Source of the DNA: an uncultured Sulfurimonas sp. | GTDB lineage: Bacteria > Campylobacterota > Campylobacteria > Campylobacterales > Sulfurimonadaceae | DNA length: 64,000 nt | NCBI GenBank assembly: GCA_964642985.1 | Contig: CAZXSD010000002.1 | Coordinates: 3,117 to 67,116 of the forward strand | Direction: 5' to 3' | Shown: piece after piece, positions 20,392 to 31,040 of the stretch | How positions within the stretch are numbered: the stretch's first letter is position 1 | Layout of the letters: each line of letters begins with the position of its first letter | Translations under genes and position numbers: made by a program | Notes under the pieces: generated by a model | Told to the model about the DNA's origin: nothing | The model's database searches: none | Seen by the model: the letters and a program-made list of their open reading frames with translations, nothing else

Positions 20392-21646
20392 AATATTTTT
20401 CCTTTGTATAGCTTAGTCCCCAAGGCATATAATAGTTTTTATTTTGATACCAAAAAACTAATACTGCACTCACACTAAAAGATATTATTGTCGCATAAGC
20501 TGCACCAACTGTTCCAAACTCTTTTATAAGTATATAGTTAAACATAAGATTTAAAATAGCAGCTATCACTGTACTAAACGCTAAAAATGATGTTTTACTT
20601 ATATGAACTAAATATGGGAAAAATATTTTATATACACCTTGAACTGCATATCCTATAGACACCCATAATATAAATTTACCTGCCCCATAAAACTTTTCAT
20701 CAACAAAGTAGGGTAATATAAACTCTCCTATAATAGATATTAAAAAAGCCAAAATAAAAATAGTTATTATGTATATATATGTGTATCTAATTATCTTTTT
20801 CTTTTTTACTAAAGTAGGATTTGCTAAATTTTTATAAAACCAAGGAGACCAAGCCTTAATAAAAGCATCTGTAAAAAGCATTACTACCATACCAAACATA
20901 TAACCTACACTATATATTCCAACAGCTTCTATACTTACCATCTGTTCAATAAAAAGTCTATCACTCATTGCTATTATTAACCCACCTAATAGATGAGGGA
21001 TTAAAGGGAAAGATATACCTAAAATAGATTTAAAAATTTTTTTATTAAACTTTATTGTAATATATTCTTTTTTATAGATATAAAATATACCAATTATAAA
21101 AAAAACTATTGAAGATACTAATATACCAATTATCTGAGAATACCAACTTAATGAAAATGTAACTAAAAATAAAACTGTAAAAAAAACTTTTATGAAGCTA
21201 TTTGATATCTCAAATAGACCAAATAGATATGCTTTTTGTTCATTTCTTAAAATTGTTGTATTAATTGTATTTATCATTGTCATAATACTTATAAATGGTA
21301 TTACAAAAAACCAAACTAATTCTATAGAAAAAATAGAACTGAAATAAAAACTTAAAATATATGTTAACAAAAGATAAAAAATAAAAGTTATCATTAAAAT
21401 AATAAATATATTTCCAATATATAAAGATAATTCATTTTTTGAAATCTTAAAAAAATTCTTAGATATATTTACCTGCATATTCATACCAATAAATGCACTA
21501 TAAATACTTAACATTATTAAATAGATAGATAATGTACCATACTCTTGAGGTGATAAGTATTGAGTCATAACAGGAAGAAGTAAAAAAGGAATAGATTGAC
21601 TAAGAATACTACTGCTTAAATATATAATTGATTTTTTTAGTATCAT
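20381..21646 (-). CDS. wzx: Wzx-type oligosaccharide flippase
   Basis: Many TM helices, LSPQEYG, SDRLFI, GIYSVG, GTVGAAYAT. Confidence 0.88.
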   Translation of the reverse strand: MILKKSIIYLSSSILSQSIPFLLLPVMTQYLSPQEYGTLSIYLIMLSIYSAFIGMNMQVNISKNFFKISKNELSLYIGNIFIILMITFIFYLLLTYILSFYFSSIFSIELVWFFVIPFISIMTMINTINTTILRNEQKAYLFGLFEISNSFIKVFFTVLFLVTFSLSWYSQIIGILVSSIVFFIIGIFYIYKKEYITIKFNKKIFKSILGISFPLIPHLLGGLIIAMSDRLFIEQMVSIEAVGIYSVGYMFGMVVMLFTDAFIKAWSPWFYKNLANPTLVKKKKIIRYTYIYIITIFILAFLISIIGEFILPYFVDEKFYGAGKFILWVSIGYAVQGVYKIFFPYLVHISKTSFLAFSTVIAAILNLMFNYILIKEFGTVGAAYATIISFSVSAVLVFWYQNKNYYMPWGLSYTKEKYFEK

Positions 21647-21652
21647 TTAATT

Positions 21653-22798
21653 TTATGGTAACTGTTGAATAAATTTTTTCATAATATTAAAATTATTATC
21701 TATCTGATCTCTTGAATTTTGAATTCTCAAATAATTTACTTTATGCTCATACTCAATACTATTTAATAACTCTTCTGTTAAATATTTATTTGAATGGTAT
21801 CTATCAAAATTCTTATACAGTCTGTTTATTATTTTTCCAAAAAAGCTTTCATCAAAACTATCATATCCATTAAGTACAATTCCACCTATGACGTCTTTTG
21901 TAGCTTTTGCTCTTCCATCTTCACTTATTAAAATTGAAAACTTAGATATACTATTCATAAAAATATGTGCATGTACTCTATACCCTATATGCAAATCTAC
22001 AGTTTTATAATAATTAATAAGATTTTCAGCACTTCCTGAAATATCTATATAGTTGATATTGTGGAACTCTAACCACTCTGCAAATTTATTATGTTTTTCT
22101 AAATGTTGAGACTTCTTATTATAAGTTGATAAAAAATCTTCTCGATTAAGTGAATGATGAAATACAACTTCAAAATCTTTATCAAAAAATTGTTCTTTAC
22201 ATTTTAGAATATTCTCTTTCATTAATTTTTTCATCGATTTACTCTCCATAAAAGATACACCAAGAGAAAAAGCAACTTTTTGAATATTAGGAGTTAAAAC
22301 TTCCATATTTATAGATTCTAAATCATAATAAGCTGGACAGCCTGTCATTAAAAAATTTGTATAGCCTTTAAAAGCTATACTATTTAAAGTATGATAATCT
22401 CTAACACTCGAAAGATAGCCAGAGCTATTAATTTTTTCAAGTAACTCTATACTCTGTTGATTTAAAGGATATTCATAACTATTTTTCCACTCTCCATTTA
22501 TAGACTTCCACCCTATTCCCATCATTATAATTGGAACTTTTATATCATTTAAGTTTTCAGTCATTTTATAGATAGTTGGTCTCATACTCTTTTGTAAAGC
22601 TGGTCCACCCATTAAAATGAGTGCTCTTGATTCATTTACAATCTTTAATCGTTTATCATCAAATTTTTCCCAAGCATTAAAATCAATAATTTTTCTATCT
22701 TCTCTTAACTTCTTAAATAACTCTTTTGCTCTATATTTAATTAAAAAATCACCAGCATTATTTTTGCCACCAGTTAAAACAACATATTGATTTTTCAT
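21653..22798 (-). CDS. Polysaccharide pyruvyl transferase family protein
   Basis: NAGD, SVRD, TGCP, GYRVHAHI motifs. Confidence 0.75.
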   Translation of the reverse strand: MKNQYVVLTGGKNNAGDFLIKYRAKELFKKLREDRKIIDFNAWEKFDDKRLKIVNESRALILMGGPALQKSMRPTIYKMTENLNDIKVPIIMMGIGWKSINGEWKNSYEYPLNQQSIELLEKINSSGYLSSVRDYHTLNSIAFKGYTNFLMTGCPAYYDLESINMEVLTPNIQKVAFSLGVSFMESKSMKKLMKENILKCKEQFFDKDFEVVFHHSLNREDFLSTYNKKSQHLEKHNKFAEWLEFHNINYIDISGSAENLINYYKTVDLHIGYRVHAHIFMNSISKFSILISEDGRAKATKDVIGGIVLNGYDSFDESFFGKIINRLYKNFDRYHSNKYLTEELLNSIEYEHKVNYLRIQNSRDQIDNNFNIMKKFIQQLP

Positions 22799-23856
22799 TA
22801 ATTAAACATATTCCATTGAATTACATCATCATCAGCTATATCAACCCTTGCTATTTTACCGATAATTTCATCAATAAACTTTGGACTTACTCCATGTGCA
22901 GGTCTTTTAAAAGTTAAATCATTTTTTCCTATTATTGTTCCTTTAACAATATCTCTTTTCGCTACTAAACTTCTTCTAGCATTAGCTCTTGCTGGTGCCT
23001 CATCCTCTAAAGCTTCTACTTTGAAGCTTCCTAAAATTTCAAATGTCCTATCTAAATTTTTTATAAATAATTTTAAATCGTCCTTATCCATTGCATGATA
23101 ATGATCATTTCCAACTAATGTTTTATCATGTGTAAAATGTTTTTCTATTATCACACTTCCAAGCATTGTTGCCATTTCACATACTTTCATATCTTTAGGT
23201 AAAGTATGATCACTATAACCTATTATCTTATTTGGGAATTTTTGTTTTAAATCTAATATCATTCCAAGGTTTGCATTTTTATCTGGGGTAGGATAGTTTA
23301 GTACACAATGCATAAGAGCAAGTGGATTTCCATATTTATCTATCCAACTTACAGCCTCTTGAATTTCATAAAGATTACTTGCACCTGTTGATAAAATAAT
23401 AGGTTTATTAAATTGACAAATATACTCAATAAAAGGTTTGTTTGTTAAATCTGAAGATGAAATTTTATATACATCCATTAAGTCATTTAAAAAATCTGCA
23501 GACGCTATGTCAAAAGGTGTACTCATAAACTCTATGTTTACACTATCACAATACTCTTTTAATTCTTTCATCTCGTCTAACCAAAAACTATCATGTTTCT
23601 TAAATAATTTATATTGAGAAGTTGTAGGTTCTTCATTAGTGTCCCAATAAGAAGGAGAATCTTTTGAAGCTAGTGTTTCAGCTTTATAACTTTGAAACTT
23701 TACAGCATCTGCTCCACCCTCTTTAGCTTCATCAATAAGTCTTTTTGCTAAATCTATACTTCCTTCATGATTTACCCCTATTTCAGCTATTATATATGGT
23801 TTATACAACATTATTTCATATGGATTTACACTATTTAATATTTCTTCTAGTCTCAT
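22798..23856 (-). CDS. Nonulosonic acid synthase (NeuB family) with C-terminal SAF domain
   Basis: IIAEIGVNHEG, VKFQ, STPFD, GYSDHT, IEKHFT, RRSLVA. Confidence 0.9.
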   Translation of the reverse strand: MRLEEILNSVNPYEIMLYKPYIIAEIGVNHEGSIDLAKRLIDEAKEGGADAVKFQSYKAETLASKDSPSYWDTNEEPTTSQYKLFKKHDSFWLDEMKELKEYCDSVNIEFMSTPFDIASADFLNDLMDVYKISSSDLTNKPFIEYICQFNKPIILSTGASNLYEIQEAVSWIDKYGNPLALMHCVLNYPTPDKNANLGMILDLKQKFPNKIIGYSDHTLPKDMKVCEMATMLGSVIIEKHFTHDKTLVGNDHYHAMDKDDLKLFIKNLDRTFEILGSFKVEALEDEAPARANARRSLVAKRDIVKGTIIGKNDLTFKRPAHGVSPKFIDEIIGKIARVDIADDDVIQWNMFN

Positions 23857-23857
23857 T

Positions 23858-25483
23858 TTATTTCTCCAATAATTCTTGAATTAATTTATTAACTATTTTT
23901 CTTCCAGATTTTAAATCTATTTTTTTCATAAGTTTATTCATATAAATTCTAGTTTGAATAGAATTTACCAATTCAATAAATTGTTTAATTAATTCTCTAT
24001 TTTCTAACTTATAACCTAATCCAAGATTTAAAAATCCAAATTCACTTGAAGCAAAAAAATGAGTTAATTCTCTCTCATTTTGAGCTAAAACAATAGTTGG
24101 AGTACCTATACTAGCAATTTCATAAGTTGTTCGACCTGCTGATGTGAAAATAATATCTGCATTTTGCATATATGTAGAAATATTTGTAATATTTCTCTTA
24201 ATTTCAATATTTTTATATCTCTTCAATGAATTAAATTCACTATAACCAAATCCTGTAATTACTTGAATATTTATTTGATTACTTTGACAATAATCATAAA
24301 TATTATCAATGACTTTTTGAGTGTAATTATTTAAATCCACTCCACCAAAAGTAATAAGAATATTTTTTACTTTATCTATTTTTTTATTATCTTTCAAATA
24401 AATAAATTCATCCCTTAAGATGAAATAATTGTGACCAAAATAGTGCTGAGATAATATCTGTTTTTCAGGATATATTGCATTTATGACTAAATCAGCTTCT
24501 TTTGCTCCATCTCCTAAGTCTTCAAAATTTATAACTTTATAATTTAATTTTTTTAGCTTTAATATATAATTTTTTTCTGTATCTAATCTATCATTAATAA
24601 CTAAATCTGGATTAATAATTTTTATATCATCTACAATATCTTTCTTTACTTGAATATTAATATTATAATTTTTAGATAATATTTTTTCATAAGCCATTTG
24701 ACTTTTATCGTCAACTAAAAATGTAATCTTATGATTTAATATATCATTTGCAATAAGTAAAGTATTATAAACATGTCCTAATCCAACCGTTTTATTTCCA
24801 CTAACTACAAATAAAATATGCTTTCTTTTTAGATAATATTCACAAAGATTCCAATCATCATAAGTATCAATATCTATCTCCTCTCCATTAGCGAGTATGT
24901 GAAGTTCAACATTTTTTCCAATTCTATTAGTAGAGGTTATAATATCTTCTCTAGTAATAAAAAAACCTCCTGTCTCTGTAAATGTCGATATTAAATATTG
25001 TCTATTTACTCTCTCTTTATAATTTGCTAAATAGATATTATTTTCTTTTCTCCATGAAAGATGAGTGTCATCCTTTGATGCTATAACTGTTTCTATCTCT
25101 TTATTATTAATAGCTTTTGTTATAGCTTTGTCTAAAGAGTTTGAGTTTAAAAGTGGTGATGTTGGTTGCATTGTAATAATATAATTATATTTTTTATTTT
25201 CATTTTTTTTAGCATATTGATAACAATCATAAATAACAGGGTCAAGAGTTGTTTTATCATCAGCAATATTCATATCTCGTTTATGTACTTTTGCACCAAA
25301 TTCTTTTGATAATTGTAATATTTCATCATCTTCACTTGAAACATAAACATCTATATTATATTTTGATGATAATGCAGTAGCAATTGAATAGTATATTAAA
25401 GGTTTTCCTGCTAATAATCTAATATTTTTTCGGGGTATTCCTTTAGAACCACCTCTAGCTGGTATTACAACTAAAATATTCAT
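23858..25483 (-). CDS. Fusion of CMP-nonulosonate synthetase (NeuA-like) and PseG/SpsG-like nucleotide-sugar hydrolase
   Basis: N-terminal IPARGGSKGIPRKN, QPTSP, DIDT; C-terminal GLGH, TFGGVD, SAGRTTYE. Confidence 0.8.
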   Translation of the reverse strand: MNILVVIPARGGSKGIPRKNIRLLAGKPLIYYSIATALSSKYNIDVYVSSEDDEILQLSKEFGAKVHKRDMNIADDKTTLDPVIYDCYQYAKKNENKKYNYIITMQPTSPLLNSNSLDKAITKAINNKEIETVIASKDDTHLSWRKENNIYLANYKERVNRQYLISTFTETGGFFITREDIITSTNRIGKNVELHILANGEEIDIDTYDDWNLCEYYLKRKHILFVVSGNKTVGLGHVYNTLLIANDILNHKITFLVDDKSQMAYEKILSKNYNINIQVKKDIVDDIKIINPDLVINDRLDTEKNYILKLKKLNYKVINFEDLGDGAKEADLVINAIYPEKQILSQHYFGHNYFILRDEFIYLKDNKKIDKVKNILITFGGVDLNNYTQKVIDNIYDYCQSNQINIQVITGFGYSEFNSLKRYKNIEIKRNITNISTYMQNADIIFTSAGRTTYEIASIGTPTIVLAQNERELTHFFASSEFGFLNLGLGYKLENRELIKQFIELVNSIQTRIYMNKLMKKIDLKSGRKIVNKLIQELLEK

Positions 25484-25486
25484 ATT

Positions 25487-26311
25487 TTAAAACCTTTTTT
25501 TAATAATCGATTGAACATCTCTTCTTACCCTCAAAAAAACAGGAAATCTAGGTTTCCCATACTTTGTAAACTCATAATATTTAAAAGTAACTATATCACC
25601 AATTTTTGGTGGATTTTTTCTCTCAGTATTACTCAATCCACTTCCTATTTTAAACTCTATACCATTAGAAAATTCACATCTCAAAGCTCCTACTAAGCTC
25701 TCATATTTACCCTTTCCTTTTGTATAGCCTATTACCCTACACTCTGCATCATAAAAACTTTTTACTTTTAAAGCTTTATCTGTTCGTTTATTTATATAAG
25801 CTGTTTGAGGGTCACGAACAACAACTCCCTCCCCTTTTTTTAGCTCTACCTCTTTTAAAAAATTTTCTAAATGTTTTTTATCTTTAACATATATCTGTTT
25901 TAAAATTTTTATATAGCTATTTTCATAGGGTTTTACTTTTTTTAAACGTTGAAAAAGTGTTCCTTTAGCATTAGGAACTTCAAATATATAATGCTTTATC
26001 TCACTCCATCGTTTAGATGGTATTTTATTTCTCACAATACTTGATATATTTTCAAAATCTTTTCGTTTACTCCACAACTCTCCATCTATCTCAAAAGGTG
26101 GATAATCTTTTGTAAAATATTGAGGTGCATTTATAATCTTTCCACCACGACTAATAAGATTTTTTCCATTCCAATAGGCTCTTATACCATCAAGTTTTTC
26201 ACTCATAACCCAACCACTAATATTTTGGTCTTTATAGGTTTTTAGAAGTAATAGTTGAGGCTTAGAAGCAAACAGTAAAAAAGGTGTTAGAAAAATAAGA
26301 ATTTTTATCAT
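25487..26311 (-). CDS. Minimal ATP-dependent DNA ligase with signal peptide (Lig E type)
   Basis: SEKLDGIR motif I, GEGVVVR, LKVK, FKIGSG, GKPRFP; hydrophobic N-terminus [15 protein letters not shown]. Confidence 0.9.
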   Translation of the reverse strand: MIKILIFLTPFLLFASKPQLLLLKTYKDQNISGWVMSEKLDGIRAYWNGKNLISRGGKIINAPQYFTKDYPPFEIDGELWSKRKDFENISSIVRNKIPSKRWSEIKHYIFEVPNAKGTLFQRLKKVKPYENSYIKILKQIYVKDKKHLENFLKEVELKKGEGVVVRDPQTAYINKRTDKALKVKSFYDAECRVIGYTKGKGKYESLVGALRCEFSNGIEFKIGSGLSNTERKNPPKIGDIVTFKYYEFTKYGKPRFPVFLRVRRDVQSIIKKRF

Positions 26312-27393
26312 AAATTATTTGCTATATATTCAATCTCATCATCACGAAGATAAGGATTCATAGGTAAACTCAAAATCTCTTGAGAAACTAATTCAGAGAT
26401 AGGAAAATCTCCTTTTTTATATCCTAAATATTGAAAGCACTTTTGAAGATGTAAAGGAATTGGATAGTGTACAGCAGTTGGTATTCCTTGCTCTTTTAAT
26501 CTTGCTTGAACTTCATCTCTATTTTTAACTCTAATACTGTATTGAGCAAATACAGAAGTTACATTTTTAGCTATAAATGGAAGAGTTAGATCTTTATTTT
26601 GAAGTGATTGAGTATATTTATCTGCTACCTTTTGTCTTAATACTAAATCTTCTTTATAATATTGTAACTTTACATTTACAATAGCACATTGAAGAGTATC
26701 CATTCTCCCACCCATTCCAATATATTTATGATGATAGCGTTTGTTTTGACCATGAACTCGTAGTTGTTTCATTTTTAATGCCAACTCTTCATCATTTGTA
26801 AAAACAGCACCACCATCTCCAAAACAGCCTAAAGGTTTTGCAGGGAAAAAACTTGTTGTTGAAATATCGCCTAAAGTAGAATCCATCTTTTCATTATAAG
26901 TAGCACCAAAACTTTGCGCACCATCTACTATAACTTTTAAATTATATTTATCTGCGATATTTTGAATATTCTCCATATCTGCCACTTGCCCATAGAGAGA
27001 AACGGGAATAATAGCTTTTGTTTTAGAACTTATTTTTTCCTCTATTTTAGAACTATCAATAGTATAAGTTTTTTCATCAATATCTACAAATACTGGAACT
27101 GCACCCATTAAGGCTATTGTTTCAGCTGTTGCTATAAATGTAAAAGGAGTTGTAATAACCTCATCTCCTGCTTTTATATCAAGTGCCATCATAGAAAGTA
27201 AAAGAGCATCTGTACCACTTGAACAAGTTATAGCATATTTTGCATCAGTAAACTCTTCCAAGTTTTTTTCTAATTGAGATACCTCTTCACCCATTATATA
27301 ATTAGATTTATCTAAAACATTATGAATGGCTTTATCTATCTCTGATTTATAAAGTTGATATTGGTATTGTAAGTTTGCAAAATCTATTTTCAT
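26308..27393 (-). CDS. UDP-3-keto-HexNAcA aminotransferase (WbpE/WlbC-like)
   Basis: [28 protein letters not shown]; clustered with wbpD/B/A-like genes. Confidence 0.88.
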   Translation of the reverse strand: MKIDFANLQYQYQLYKSEIDKAIHNVLDKSNYIMGEEVSQLEKNLEEFTDAKYAITCSSGTDALLLSMMALDIKAGDEVITTPFTFIATAETIALMGAVPVFVDIDEKTYTIDSSKIEEKISSKTKAIIPVSLYGQVADMENIQNIADKYNLKVIVDGAQSFGATYNEKMDSTLGDISTTSFFPAKPLGCFGDGGAVFTNDEELALKMKQLRVHGQNKRYHHKYIGMGGRMDTLQCAIVNVKLQYYKEDLVLRQKVADKYTQSLQNKDLTLPFIAKNVTSVFAQYSIRVKNRDEVQARLKEQGIPTAVHYPIPLHLQKCFQYLGYKKGDFPISELVSQEILSLPMNPYLRDDEIEYIANNL

Positions 27394-27959
27394 ACTTTAA
27401 TTACCTTTAAATTATCATCTACTAACTCATAAAATGCAAACTTGTCACTAGCTTTATTATTTTCAAACTTTAATCTATTTCCAGATACTCCTACCCAACC
27501 TATCTGTTTCGCAGGAACACCTACCATAAGTGCGTAAGGCTTCACATCTCTATTTATAACTGCTCCACTCCCTATAAGCGCATACTCACCGATAGTTATT
27601 CCACAAACAATAGTTACATTTGCCCCTATTGAACAACCTTTTCTAAGCAATGTCTTTTTAAATTCATCTCGTCGTACTATAAAAGCTCGTGGATTTACTA
27701 CATTTGTAAAAACACACGAAGGACCTAAAAATACATCATCTTCAACTTCGACACCTTCATAGATAGAGATGTTGTTTTGAACTTTAACTCCATTACCTAC
27801 TTTTACATTTGGACCCACTACACAATTTTGACCAAAAGAGCAGTTTTTTCCAATAGTAGAACCTGAAAGAATATGAGAAAAATGCCATATTTTACTATCA
27901 TTGCCAATAGTTACATTATCATCTATAAAAGATGAAGAGTGAATAAAATATTTTCCCAT
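27390..27959 (-). CDS. Hexapeptide-repeat N-acetyltransferase (WbpD/WlbB-like)
   Basis: [36 protein letters not shown]. Confidence 0.9.
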   Translation of the reverse strand: MGKYFIHSSSFIDDNVTIGNDSKIWHFSHILSGSTIGKNCSFGQNCVVGPNVKVGNGVKVQNNISIYEGVEVEDDVFLGPSCVFTNVVNPRAFIVRRDEFKKTLLRKGCSIGANVTIVCGITIGEYALIGSGAVINRDVKPYALMVGVPAKQIGWVGVSGNRLKFENNKASDKFAFYELVDDNLKVIKV

Positions 27960-27961
27960 TG

Positions 27962-28930
27962 TTAGAGAATAACTTTTTTTATAAAAGGATGGTAATCCCC
28001 TTTCATTCCGATAGGATCTAAATTACGAATTGTGGAAACTGTTCGTATCGAACCATAGGCTTCATCTAATCCAAAACCGTTCCCTTTTAAAATCTCTTCA
28101 TAACTTTTTGTGTGTAAATCTGTAAAACCACCACTGAACTCTATCTCTTCACCATCTACTGTAATAGAACGATAAGTTCTTGCTCCAGTCAATTTAATTG
28201 ATTCAGGAATATAATTGTAATTTACACTTAAAAACCATCGAACCGTTGCATTTTTCAATTTAAAAAAACCAGCATTTGTATCTGCTGTTTTAAGATGAAC
28301 AATATTCTCCTCCATCTCTCCAAATATCCAAGAGAGCATATCGTAAAAATGAACTCCTATATTTGAAGCTATACCCCCACTCTTTGGTTCATTCCCTTTC
28401 CATGATTGAAAATACCATTTACCACGTGATGTAAGATATGTTAAATCTATATCGTAAACTTTATTTGGATTCTCTTTTAACTCTTTTTGAACCCGCTCTT
28501 TTAAAGCAACTATAGAGTCGTGCAAACGAAGTTGTAAAATATTATAAACCTTTTTACCTGTTTCATTCTCTATAACTTTAAGCTGGTCAATATTATGAGG
28601 GTTTAAAACTAAAGGTTTCTCACAAATAGCATCTGCACCACTCTTGAGTGCAAAACGTATATGTGAATCATGAAGATAATTTGGAGAGGTTATAGAGATA
28701 TACTCTATTTTTTTATCATGCTCTCTATGCCATTTATCTACAAATCTATCAAAACGTTCAAACTCCGTAAAAAAATCAGCCTCTGGAAAATGACTATCCA
28801 TAACTCCTATACCATCATAAGGGTCAAGTGCAGCTACTAAGTTGTTTCCTGTCTCTTTTATCGCTTTCATGTGTCTTGGTGCTATATAACCAGCTGCTCC
28901 AATTAGAGCAAAATTTTTATCTCTTTGCAT
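27962..28930 (-). CDS. UDP-GlcNAcA 3-oxidase (WbpB/WlbA-like, Gfo/Idh/MocA family)
   Basis: [35 protein letters not shown] at 28930 preferred (ORF track 28945). Confidence 0.9.
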   Translation of the reverse strand: MQRDKNFALIGAAGYIAPRHMKAIKETGNNLVAALDPYDGIGVMDSHFPEADFFTEFERFDRFVDKWHREHDKKIEYISITSPNYLHDSHIRFALKSGADAICEKPLVLNPHNIDQLKVIENETGKKVYNILQLRLHDSIVALKERVQKELKENPNKVYDIDLTYLTSRGKWYFQSWKGNEPKSGGIASNIGVHFYDMLSWIFGEMEENIVHLKTADTNAGFFKLKNATVRWFLSVNYNYIPESIKLTGARTYRSITVDGEEIEFSGGFTDLHTKSYEEILKGNGFGLDEAYGSIRTVSTIRNLDPIGMKGDYHPFIKKVIL

Positions 28931-28931
28931 A

Positions 28932-30197
28932 TTATAATTTCCCATCTATCTCATTAGAATCTAATAGTGACTTCAAATCATAAACTATAGCTTCTTTACC
29001 ATTTTTTAATCTACTAATATCTATATCTTTAAACTCATTATGTGCAACTGCGACAATAGACGTTGCATAAGTTTTATGTTCAAGAGTTTCTATTAAATCA
29101 ATTTGATACTCTCTTTTAACCTCATCTTTATCTGCCCAAGGGTCATAAACTTCAACACTACAACCAAACTCTTTAAGTTCATTTATAATATCTATTACTC
29201 GTGAGTTTCTAATATCTGGACAGTTCTCTTTAAAGGTTATGCCAAGAACTAAAACTTTCGCTCCATCTATTTTATACCCATTTTTTATCATCAGTTTTAT
29301 AACTTGATTGGCAACATAGATACCCATATTATCATTAAGTCTACGTCCTGCCAAAATTATTTCAGGGTTATAACCAACTGATTGTGCTTTATAGGAAAGA
29401 TAATAGGGATCAACACCTATACAATGCCCTCCAACTAATCCAGGTTTATAGGATAAAAAATTCCATTTTGTGGAAGCGGCTTCTAAAACATCATTTGTAT
29501 CGATGCCAAGTTTATTAAAAATCAAGGCTAACTCATTGACAAATGCTATGTTTATATCTCTTTGAGAGTTCTCTATAACCTTAGAAGCTTCTGCCACTTT
29601 AATAGTTGGTGCTAAATGTGTTCCAGCTGTTATTATAGAGGCATAAAGCTCATCTACTTTTTTTCCTATTTCAGGAGTGGAACCCGATGTTACTTTTAAA
29701 ATTTTTGTAACAGTATGCTCTTTATCTCCTGGATTTATTCGTTCAGGGGAGTATCCACAAAAGAAATCTTTATTAAATTTCATATCTGAAAATTTCTCCA
29801 ATACTGGCACACACTCCTCTTCAGTTGCACCTGGATAAACAGTTGATTCATAAATAACTATATCATCTTTTTTTAATACTTTAGCTATCGTTTCACTTGC
29901 TTTTAAAAGTGGGGATAAATCTGGTCTTTTATTTTTATCTATCGGTGTTGGGACTGTTACTATAAAGATATTACACTCTTTTATATCATCTTTATTACTA
30001 GTAAACTTTATACCATTAGATAAAGCCTCTTCTAACTGCCCTTTATTTAGCTCTAATGTTCTATCATAGGCACTATTTAATTCATCTATTCGACTTTGAT
30101 ATATATCTAAACCAATTACATTATACTTTGAACTAAAAGCATGAGCTAAAGGTAAACCTACATATCCTAAACCAATAACACATATCTTATTTTTCAT
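28932..30197 (-). CDS. UDP-N-acetylhexosamine 6-dehydrogenase (WbpA/WbpO/TviB family)
   Basis: GLGYVGLP, ESTVYPG, SPERINPG, GGHCIGVDP, FKENCPDIRNS. ATG at 30197 preferred (ORF track 30227). Confidence 0.92.
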   Translation of the reverse strand: MKNKICVIGLGYVGLPLAHAFSSKYNVIGLDIYQSRIDELNSAYDRTLELNKGQLEEALSNGIKFTSNKDDIKECNIFIVTVPTPIDKNKRPDLSPLLKASETIAKVLKKDDIVIYESTVYPGATEEECVPVLEKFSDMKFNKDFFCGYSPERINPGDKEHTVTKILKVTSGSTPEIGKKVDELYASIITAGTHLAPTIKVAEASKVIENSQRDINIAFVNELALIFNKLGIDTNDVLEAASTKWNFLSYKPGLVGGHCIGVDPYYLSYKAQSVGYNPEIILAGRRLNDNMGIYVANQVIKLMIKNGYKIDGAKVLVLGITFKENCPDIRNSRVIDIINELKEFGCSVEVYDPWADKDEVKREYQIDLIETLEHKTYATSIVAVAHNEFKDIDISRLKNGKEAIVYDLKSLLDSNEIDGKL

Positions 30198-30210
30198 ACT
30201 ATTTATTCTT

Positions 30211-31026
30211 TTATAGTTTATTTTCATAAAATTTTATTTTTTCTATATATTTAGTTATTTCAACAGCTCTTTCATACTTAACAGCACCCTTCAAAAGCAC
30301 CCTATATTTTTTCAAAAGCATATCTAAAATCATAGCTTCATTTTTCATCTGTTTTTTCAATAATTTTTCTAAAGATAGTGTTCTAAATCTATCCATACCC
30401 CAAAACTTTACACTAAGCTGGTCTTCATCACCACCATATTTACTAATAAGCGGTAAATCAATCAAGCCTATTTTATGACCTTGTGCTACACGTAACCATA
30501 AATCATAATCTTCACAAACCTCTAAACTCTCATCAAAAGTTCCAACCTCAGCTAACAAACTTTTATGAATTAGAGTCGATGAAGGAGCGATAATACAGTG
30601 AGACAAACACTCTTTAAAAATATCCCCACCATATTTACGAAACTTTTTAGGTATTTTGACACTCACACCATTTCGTATCCACTTTTCATCTGTATAACTC
30701 ATAAAAATCTCTCTATTTTCTTGATGAAAAAGAACTTGCTTTTGTAGTTTATTTTTATCCCACTCATCATCAGAATCTAAAAAAGCTATCCACTCAAAAC
30801 TAGCTTTTTTAATTCCTAAATTTCTAGCAGAGGAAACACCACCATTTTCTTGATAAAAATATTTTATAGTTGGAAAATCTTGTTGAATATCGGAGCTATT
30901 ATCAATAGAACCATCATCTATTACAATCACTTCATAATCTGTATATGTTTGAGCAAAAACAGAAGTTAATGCTCTTTTTAAAACTTTATAGCGATTGTAA
31001 GTAGGGATAACTATTGATATTTGCAT
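30211..31026 (-). CDS. Glycosyltransferase family 2
   Basis: IPTYNR, DDGS, AFLDSDD, EDYDLWLR. Confidence 0.9.
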   Translation of the reverse strand: MQISIVIPTYNRYKVLKRALTSVFAQTYTDYEVIVIDDGSIDNSSDIQQDFPTIKYFYQENGGVSSARNLGIKKASFEWIAFLDSDDEWDKNKLQKQVLFHQENREIFMSYTDEKWIRNGVSVKIPKKFRKYGGDIFKECLSHCIIAPSSTLIHKSLLAEVGTFDESLEVCEDYDLWLRVAQGHKIGLIDLPLISKYGGDEDQLSVKFWGMDRFRTLSLEKLLKKQMKNEAMILDMLLKKYRVLLKGAVKYERAVEITKYIEKIKFYENKL

Positions 31027-31040
31027 TAAAATTTTACTTT

